Assembly (NCBI GenBank): GCA_964016885.1
Contig: OZ024747.1
Span: 20,460,001-20,524,000 of the forward strand
Reading direction: 5' to 3'
Source: Eledone cirrhosa
Taxonomy: Eukaryota
DNA: 64,000 bases
Under the pieces are notes generated by a model, which did not search any database, was not told the origin of the DNA, and worked only from the letters and a program-made list of their open reading frames with translations. Positions 54,778 through 64,000 of this stretch are shown here, in pieces (the first letter of the stretch is position 1; every line of letters starts with the position of its first letter). The position numbers were made by a program, and so were the translations under genes.

Positions 54778-54965
54778 GGCGGTGCATTGGCAGTATCGGT
54801 AGAGGGTCGGACGCCATGCTTTCCAGCATACTTACGTCCCTTTACGATCTGAGTTTAAATCCCGCCGAGGTTGACTTTGCTTTCATTCTTACGGGGTCGA
54901 TAAAATAAAGTACCAGTAATGCACTGGGTTATTTCTGGCCTTGTGCCTAAGTTAGAAACAATTAT
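54778..54965 (+). mobile_element. SINE
   Basis: Full family sequence with (ATT)n tail. Confidence 0.9.
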
Positions 54966-55709
54966 TATTACTATTATATTAATTTGACTTTTTATCAACA
55001 CTGTAAAATAGAAGCGAGTGGAGTTGACGTATCTATTGTAATCATTAACCTATCAGATTCTCTGTGTAAATCAACATCAATTTAAACAGCTTATTAAATG
55101 TGGTCAATTCCTTTATTAATGAGGAACGAAGGTGTTATTATACTGGTTGAAGAAAATTACATCAATGACATCAAGTACAACAGAGGAAAGTATAGATGTA
55201 TTGTTTGTCCAGAAAGCAAAAGAATCCGTGTTATTGTAAGAGACAATTTTTCTAACTAATATGAATGACACATCAAAAGCCAATGCGAACGAAAATACTC
55301 ATGGCTTACTGACGCAAATTCTGTAGCTTTTGTATCCTGTTTATGAGTTGAAATTCCCAGTTATAATCTTCTTTGGATTACTCGACTATGTAACCAACTC
55401 TTTATGCTGCAGCCTCAAGCAAATTCAGTATTCTCGAAACAAGAATTGTTTGAGATGGTTGGTGTGAATATTTCTTTTCAAATCCATTCTGTTCAGAGCA
55501 TTGTGAAGAAAAAATGGAAAACGTAAAGTTCAGAATTTAGTTATTGTTGACTAATTATCAGGAAAGGTATCTCAAGACCAGCACTTATTTCAATCAGTTA
55601 CATCAGCTAACATTTAACCAATATGAAAGACTATACAAAATATTTGCATCTGATTTCTAAATTGTGTGGATCATAATGAAGTACAATTATTTGAAACAGA
55701 CAGCTGGCC

Positions 55710-55943
55710 AACAGCAATAACAACGACAGTAGAGATACGAAAATAGCAACGACAGTAGAGATACGAAAATAACAGCAATAACAACGACAGTAGAGATACG
55801 AAAATAACAGCAATAACAACGACAGTAGAGATACGAAAATAACAGCAATAACAACGACAGTAGAGATACGAAAATAACAGCAATAACAACGACAGTAGAG
55901 ATACGAAAATAACAGCAATAACAACGACAGTAGAGATACGAAC
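55710..55943. repeat. 35-bp minisatellite, ~6.5 copies
   Basis: AACAGCAATAACAACGACAGTAGAGATACGAAAAT at 55710, 55771, 55806, 55841, 55876 and 55911, plus a partial unit. Confidence 0.95.
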
Positions 55944-56063
55944 AGTAGCAAAGGAGACTGAAAATAATACGAAAAATATCTACAGCTCGTAGAGCAGACG
56001 TTACAAAGTATACACATGAGCAGCAACAATAATGATTTCTTTATTATGAGCAGCAACAATAAT

Positions 56064-56244
56064 TGTTTCTACTTTAGGCACAAGGCCATCAATTACCCAG
56101 TACATTACTGGTCCTTTATTTTATCGACCACGTAAGGATGAAAGGCAAAGTTAACCTTGGCGGGATTTGAACTCAGACCGTAAAGGGACGTAACTATGCT
56201 AGAAAACATGGCGTCCAACCCTCTACCGATACTGCCAATTCACC
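56064..56244 (-). mobile_element. SINE with TSD GCAACAATAAT
   Basis: TSD at 56053-56063 and 56245-56255. Confidence 0.9.
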
Positions 56245-56730
56245 GCAACAATAATAAGAACATAAACAACAAGAACAGGCACATTTGCGACAGCAATAAT
56301 CTCTTTATCCGGAAATCAATTGCTAATCTAAAGGACAATGATGAACTTTCCTAGTCAAGAACAGACATGGTGCATATAAAAACGTCACAGAATTCCATTC
56401 AGAACATTTCAAAGGATTTCCATGTGCAGTTAGTGTTTTAGGGATGCTTCTAATTTGATGATGTTTGAGGGCCACTACGAGCGTCTCCAGGATAACAGAG
56501 CGCCTGATTACCAACACATAAAATGTTTTTACCATCTTATGCAAGCCAGTATAGCTGAACTGGAGTGTATATACACCAGCAGTAATTAAATGCCCATATT
56601 TTCACTATCTTTCATAACGACATCGACGGGTAATTTGAATTTGCTTACTAAGACAAACTCATAACTACATAAACACGAGTTAAGATACTCATGTTCATGC
56701 AAGACGACATATTGAATGTCCTCAGATAAT

Positions 56731-56841
56731 TGTTTCTACTTTTGGCATAAGGCCAGCAATACCCAGTGCATTACTGGTACTTTATTTTATCGACCTCATA
56801 AGGATGAAAGGTAAAGTTAACCTTGGCGTGATTTGAACTCA
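56731..56841 (-). mobile_element. 5'-truncated SINE with 17-bp TSD
   Basis: GAATGTCCTCAGATAAT at 56714-56730 and 56842-56858. Confidence 0.92.
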
Positions 56842-59182
56842 GAATGTCCTCAGATAATGAAATCCAGACTTAGTACTATTAGTGATATCAAATTTGCTCC
56901 CCTCCTTCAGTCTGAATACAGGTTTGTCTCTTCCGTTTTATTCGGATAAAGTGGCATGGCAAACTGCTTAAGATTCCTATTACAACTGGGATAATAGCAC
57001 CTCACTTGTATTTTTCCTCTTCCTTCAGTTTTGTTACCATTTATTGCCGAGTTTCTTCCCTACACCTCGGATAGAGAAACTCCCTGCATACATTGATAAG
57101 CCACAAAATAAATACACCAGATTGTTCTCGTCACCGAATTTACACAGTTACACTTATATCGTTTCTCCGTTTAAAATCATATTTACCACAATTGTTGTTG
57201 AAAGTTAGATGAAATAGGAAATAAAAAAATATTTCTATATTAAGAGATGTTTATTAAACTGTTTCGATCAACTTATTTACTTATTATATGTGCTTTCTGG
57301 TTTGACATCGTAAAATATTCTGTGCCGAAAACATGATCAGGACAAACATTAAAAAACATGCACACAATAGTAACAACAGCAACAATAAAGTAGTTAGCGG
57401 AAACTCTATTGTGGTATCTACTCCATAATTTAATACAAAGGAACCATGGGTACACATGTGTCTCACTGTAATAGAGTCTACAATGAACACCTTCTGTAAA
57501 CACTGACAGAACATTAAATCATTAAAAACCTGAGTGGACTGAGGAAAGAAATACTTGCACTGTCATTCTACCCTCAATACTACACACATTGGATGGCAAA
57601 GTCTCCAGTGTGGTCTGGAGTAGACAGAAATATATATCTCTATACTTGGAATTCAGAGTAGACATATATATATATAAATCTATAAATGGAATTCAAAACC
57701 AGTTGTGCACTAACATGAATGGCAGAGACTAAAAAATGATATTAGACACCATCAAAGAGAAATAAAATCTAAAATTTCTCGGACATTTCATAAAGAATAT
57801 ATTTTACGAAGTAAATAGAAGGGAAAAATCAGGAATTTTGTCTATGTATGATATAAAGAATTTGATATGCTTAAAATACAATGAATGTATAAAGACATCA
57901 CAAGAAAGACGAGCCAAAAATACCTAATGAGAATGCAACATTGGACCTATAGTCTGTACACAGAAGCTCAGCTAATTACTAAAGTTTCGGGTTTACCATG
58001 ACAGGCTAAACATCAACATACGAGCATCTCCATTAATAGCAAGAGCAGCAAAAGCAGCAAGAATGAATGAGGTAGCGTCTATTACATGGTCGCCATGTTA
58101 AAATTAGCAAGTGTAGTGACAACGTAGAGAAGTTTTCTATCACTTTTGATAAGGCGAAGGATATATACAATTATATAAACCTGGATTCATTGTGTCTTGA
58201 AACGAAAGACAAGATGTTAACATCTGAAATATGTAATTTAACTCCATCAAAATTAATATCGGGCAAAACAACAGTATCCATAAACATATTATCAACAACA
58301 CTAAAGCACAAACGACAAAAAGAGCTACATGGTTATCAATCCACCTACTACCACTACGAACTTTTGTTTTTCAACCAATCCAACTATCAGTACGACCTTT
58401 TTCAATAACAACAATAAAACTAAACCTACTAACACCACTACTAACACATACTTCATTTTGATGACTATTAATACCACCACCATGACAAATATGACCAACA
58501 ATTTTATCACCCAAACAGTTACTTCCTTCGTCATGAAAACCATCACTACTATCATCAGCACCAACAACATCATCACCAACACAAAATCCAAAACCACCAT
58601 GGTGATGATAACTAACACTAACATCACACCAACGTGACCACCATTACACTCACTAATGTCAAAGGCTTTGAAGTACAAAGAAATTTGATTTCATGATTTC
58701 AGCTCTCTATCTGATGTACTTTGTCGTACTCTGAAATAGATTATTGTAATTTGTTAGAAAAATCACTTTGATGTTTCACAACTGCTAGACATATGATTGG
58801 CTGTTGGTTGTGTTCTGGTGAGTTTTACTTGTGTAACGAGCTGTTTGGACAACAAAGAAATTTATTTCACAGAGAAGAAAGAACTGCAGTAAAAGAAACA
58901 AATTTATTGTTAAAGGTATACATTCTTTTAACATTTTCTGCTTTCTGTTTCTCTCTACAACAACAAACGCTGCTCTTTCAGCAAATATTCCACACATGAT
59001 ACTCAATCAACCTCCACACAACTTTCTACCAGTTGTACTCTTCTCTCTCTCTTTCACTCCCACTATTATACATGTATATAAATGAGTGTATATATATATA
59101 TGTGTGTGTCTATAGAAGCACTAACAATTCTACTACTATTCATAGTGTTTATTATTATTATTATTATTGTATTATTTTAGGG

Positions 59183-59370
59183 ACGGTGGATTGGCAGTAT
59201 CGGTAGAGAGTCGGACTCCATGTTTTCCTGCATAGTTACGTCCCCTTACGGTCTGAGTTCAAATCCCGCCGAGGTTAACTTTGCCTTTCATCCTTACGGG
59301 GTCCATAAAATAAAGTACCAGTAATGTACTGGATAATTGCTGGCCTTGTGCCAAAAGTAGAAACAATTAT
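59183..59370 (+). mobile_element. SINE within an (ATT)n-rich tract
   Basis: Full family sequence. Confidence 0.9.
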
Positions 59371-61611
59371 TGTATTATTATTATTATTGTAGTAATAGTA
59401 GTAGTAGTAGTAATAGTATAGTTGCAGCTACGACTTTCTCGGAATAGACTGGTTATTTTCATTTTAGTATAGAAACAAAATAGCTAAGTGGATAAGAAAC
59501 TGAAATACCAACACTGAGTGCTAAACTTTCTGTCAGGATAAAGAGAGAGATAAATGCATAATCCACATTGAAAGAAGGATGAGTGTACCATAAAAGCAGG
59601 GTCCCTTAACGTCTGAATATGATCATCAGGTTTAATCAATGTGAATCGCCATATCAAGATTACGGGTGCATATATACATAATTTCGTGAGGTCTCTATCC
59701 CAAATGAGGAAAGAGTTCCGTTAGGGCGAAATGGCTGATGAGGTGGATGTTGTTGATTGTTCTCCACAACAATGTTTTGTACATCTTCCTTTTAGAGCGC
59801 TGGTAAGATATGGTGTAAATTCTGCCCTGTAAATTCTGCCCCTTCCCTTGTTTTTCATTATTTAATGTTCACTTTTCCTGTTTATTCCGGGGAAATATTC
59901 TTGTAAAGATAATAGACCAGTCTGCTCATTAACAGATTTGTAGAACTCGTTTTGTCTATTCTAAGAGAATCGAAGTACCTCAGATTACATAATTCACACA
60001 ACTATTCTCTATGCTAAAGAAAATATGCAGACCTCACAAATCCTCCGAAGGTAAATAAAATTTGGTGTTTATGTTCGCTGTATTTTATTTGTTCTTTTAC
60101 GAAAGTAAACCAATCGGTGTGCAAATCTTTGTAGAGATATCCTGATGAAAATCGTTGTCTAATTAGTATGATGTCTAATTAGTATGATGTGTTCAAAGTA
60201 TATGGCTGTGGTGCGACCAGCAGTATTCAGGTAAATTTCCATATGGTATTTGCATGGGTTTTAAATGGAATTTTATTACTTACTGGTGACGAAGTGTCTG
60301 TAGTGTTCTTTGTTCTAAGAGTAGACATTGATGTTTTATTGTTGTAAGTAGATCGAGATCGTTAGGCTTGCGATAATATATTTTTTATAGATAGCGATCG
60401 AAATTAGATTCTGGTGTGTTTAAATAAATTTCCAATATTGAATACTGATTTATAGATTTAAGATCGTATTGCTGTTTTGATGTGGTTTTGGGTGTATTGT
60501 TTTATTTGTGGAGTTTGTGTGTTCAAACGATGTTAAGTGTGTTACCTGAGATGGCCATAAGAATGATCCGTTTCATTTCTGTATTCTTTTAACTTTTTTA
60601 TATAGTTTTATAGTTTTCAGGGCAGTGGAAGTCTAGTTGAAATATACTGCACCTTTCAAACGTTTTAAGTATTTCTTAGATATTTAATTTGGCATTAATT
60701 GCCCTAACCATATATCTATAATGTGAATTGCTGTTTGCTTTTAGTATGTAGAGTGCCTGTGTGTTTGATATGTTTGTTGTCTTTTGATCATAAACATATT
60801 GTGAGATTTGGGAGCATTTAGTATACAGAGCTAAAGATATTAATTACTTTGATTAGATAATTCTGTTGTTGTATCCAGGGATGTGATGACGATTTTGTGA
60901 GTGTTTAGTTACGCTTAATGTAACTACTTTGTAGACCCCTTTTGCCAAGATAATGTGTTTCGTGTCTTGTTTGAGCAACTGAATATCCAGTCTTGTCTGG
61001 AATTTATTAGGTCTTTATGTTTTACACTTTGCAGTACGTCAGCCAATCAGAGGATGTCACATCTTTTACAAACATCCTAGTATGATTTCACTGATCAAAT
61101 TATCGAACATGATTCTTTAGAATCGTTATTAATCTCTTTCAGCTGCTACATTTATTAGCTAGTGTAGATTTGTATTTCAAATTAGCATTTTTGAAAAATT
61201 GCATGTCCACAGAGGCGTTTTTTTGAAATGGTCAGACGTTGCGTACAATTTGCTTCAACGTAGCACTAACAGAAATTTATTGTTACGTACAGTCCCATCT
61301 TATAAAATATTCAGAAATAACTTATTATATTCAGTGTCATTATAATAGCTTTGTTACAATAGAGATGGCAATAACGTAGGACAGGCGACATGTTTGATTA
61401 GATGTTATTTTGTTGTTATTTTATGTTGAAAATTCTAAAATAATAATCACATTGTGGATTTTAATAAAAATGTATTAAAATTTGGACCAATTTTCGCCAA
61501 TTTCGTACAAAAGATTTCGTACAAAAGATTTTAATAAGGTATTTGTAAAACAACTATTGTATGCCAGAGCGAAAAGGAGTAAAATAATAAAATAATAAAT
61601 TTAAGTTAATT

Positions 61612-61664
<53 letters not shown>

Positions 61665-61733
61665 TATATATATACATATATTTATATTTATATATATATA
61701 TATCTTTATATATATATTTGTGTGTGCGCGTAG

Positions 61734-61779
<46 letters not shown>

Positions 61780-61903
61780 CTCATATATATAAAAGTAATA
61801 TATATGAGTAATATATATGATGAAACAGATACCAACACATCTGTATTTATATTGCAAAAGAAAGTTAGCCAGAATGAATCCATTGTAAAAGAATTCATTA
61901 CAC

Positions 61904-62031
<128 letters not shown>

Positions 62032-62600
62032 TGATCAATTTTACCTACATGTTTCAATATATATTGCATGTATGGTCTCATCGAACTATGTTTCATATCA
62101 TATATAGCAATATCTTAATAGCATACGCGCTAAAAGTAGTGATAGATTGATACCCACCACATTTTCTGTATAGTGATATCTTATCAATCAAAACACACTT
62201 CACACGAAATATATTAATAGCACGATAAATACAATGCTATAGAGCTATACTATCAAAAACCACTCAGCCTAACCACTATGATAAGTAACTACCAAAACAT
62301 AGTTTTTGTAATTCACTTTTAAAGGTAATGTGAAAATTGACGTATACTTTAAACAGGAAATAGTATTATCACTATAGAATTATTTCAATAGAATTAGACT
62401 GCCAAACTAGTAATCTTCAAATAATCCTAATAATAAAATACTCTTTTTTTCATGACTTAGCAATAATGATAAAACCCATAACGAAAGAGAACATTTAATT
62501 TAGAAGCATTAAAAACCGAATTAAAGCTATTTACATAGATATTTATTTTATTCTTTAATTTTCGTGAGGTGAGATAAGCTCACACACACACAGAGATATA

Positions 62601-62794
<194 letters not shown>

Positions 62795-62817
62795 TATATA
62801 TATATTTATGCATATAT

Positions 62818-62852
<35 letters not shown>

Positions 62853-62853
62853 G

Positions 62854-62897
<44 letters not shown>

Positions 62898-63442
62898 ATA
62901 TATATAGATAGATATATATATATGTGTGTGTGTGTGTATATGCATAAATATATATATCTATGTATATATATACATATTTATATGTATATATGTATATATA
63001 CACACACATATATATATATATATATATCATCCATTATACATGAACATTGTTGTTTTGAAATGTCGATGGAGCTCTGCAATTTATTGTTCAAGACAAAACA
63101 TAAAAGACTAATAGCTAAATATGAAACTCGTAATAAAAAAAGATAAAATTTCAATATTGCCTTGATTTCAATCATGCATGTGTAAAAAGAAAATATATTC
63201 CCCGTGTACATAAATATACAGAAATACATACATAAATACACTCATACGTACGTGCATATAGAAATAAATACACACGTACATACTTTGTTACCGTACGTAG
63301 ATGTATTATATAACATCGGAGAGTTTTTATCACCTACAGCAGCAATAGCAGTCGTTATAAAGTGCATGGCGTATGTATCTAGCTAGCTATATATGTGCAT
63401 GTACTATACATTTGTTACTCTCTCTCACCTTTCTCACTCGTG

Positions 63443-63535
<93 letters not shown>

Positions 63536-63571
63536 GCCAAATATTCTCAACGCGCGTGAATATTTGGCAAT

Positions 63572-64000
63572 ATACCGTATGTTTAGTTAAAAACATTTAG
63601 AAGACCGTACGCTATCAGTTTTAAAGTAGTGACTATATCGCTTACTTTTGGTTCGCGTTCATCATCAGAGCCACGTGCTTCCCTGCTTCCGCCGAAAATT
63701 ATAGAAGCTGGATTCTTATAGAATTCCAGTAATAATGAGGAGCTGATTATACAGAGCGATTGCCTGTCCAGCAAAAATTAGGTATTAGGATTGGTGCTCT
63801 GAAATAGCGATGTATACATGAATGTATGTATAGTATATTTGGCAATAGGGGAGTGCGTGGCTCTGATGAGCGCCAACCAGCGTGAAACAGACTGCCAGAT
63901 TCTCTCCCTTCTTTTGCCGAAAAGAAATAACTGACATAGTCACTATTTTAAAACTGATAGCGTATGGTCATCTAAATGTTTTTAATTAAACATACGGTAT
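63572..64000. repeat. Imperfect foldback containing a decayed HHR motif (63861-63898)
   Basis: 63572-63636 is inverted to 63936-64000. CT-CTGATGA-GCGC-caacca-GCGT-GAAA-CAGACTG-CC-AG, with U16.1 changed to C. Confidence 0.65.

Noticed and set aside
55710-55943. CRISPR-like regular 35-bp repeats
   Set aside because: Head-to-tail with no unique spacers, eukaryotic context and no cas genes.
58325-58678. Thr/Asn-rich mucin-like ORFs
   Set aside because: Decayed (ACC/AAC)n low-complexity tract.
59900-61270. Possible highly decayed retroelement on the minus strand
   Set aside because: Only vague motif-like fragments; could not establish a frame or family by eye.

Overview
This is AT-rich, microsatellite-dense eukaryotic DNA. 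The repeat content resembles an octopus/cephalopod genome (inference). I cannot support any host protein-coding gene, and most ORF-track entries are translations of (TA)n/(CA)n/(GA)n/(GAT)n. The real coding sequence is retrotransposon-derived: a ~6 kb full-length but lesioned Tx1/L1-clade LINE (13091-19082, -) plus a decayed fragment, two R4/Dong-like RLE LINE 3' halves next to (TAA)n, several Penelope-like elements (PLE; RT+GIY-YIG, one Naiad-like with an inverted pLTR), and an RTE 3' end. There are also ~29 copies of a tRNA-derived SINE. Two unannotated systems stand out. (1) About a dozen sequence-distinct families of type I hammerhead-ribozyme (HHR) motifs occur, including U3-A8 and U4C core variants. 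They sit in short, often palindromic non-coding units embedded in (TA)n. (2) The SINE 3' end and its ATT-starting target-site duplications match the 3' end and (AAT)n target of the Tx1 LINE, which suggests a SINE-LINE partnership. All alignments and folds were done by eye, so boundaries are approximate.
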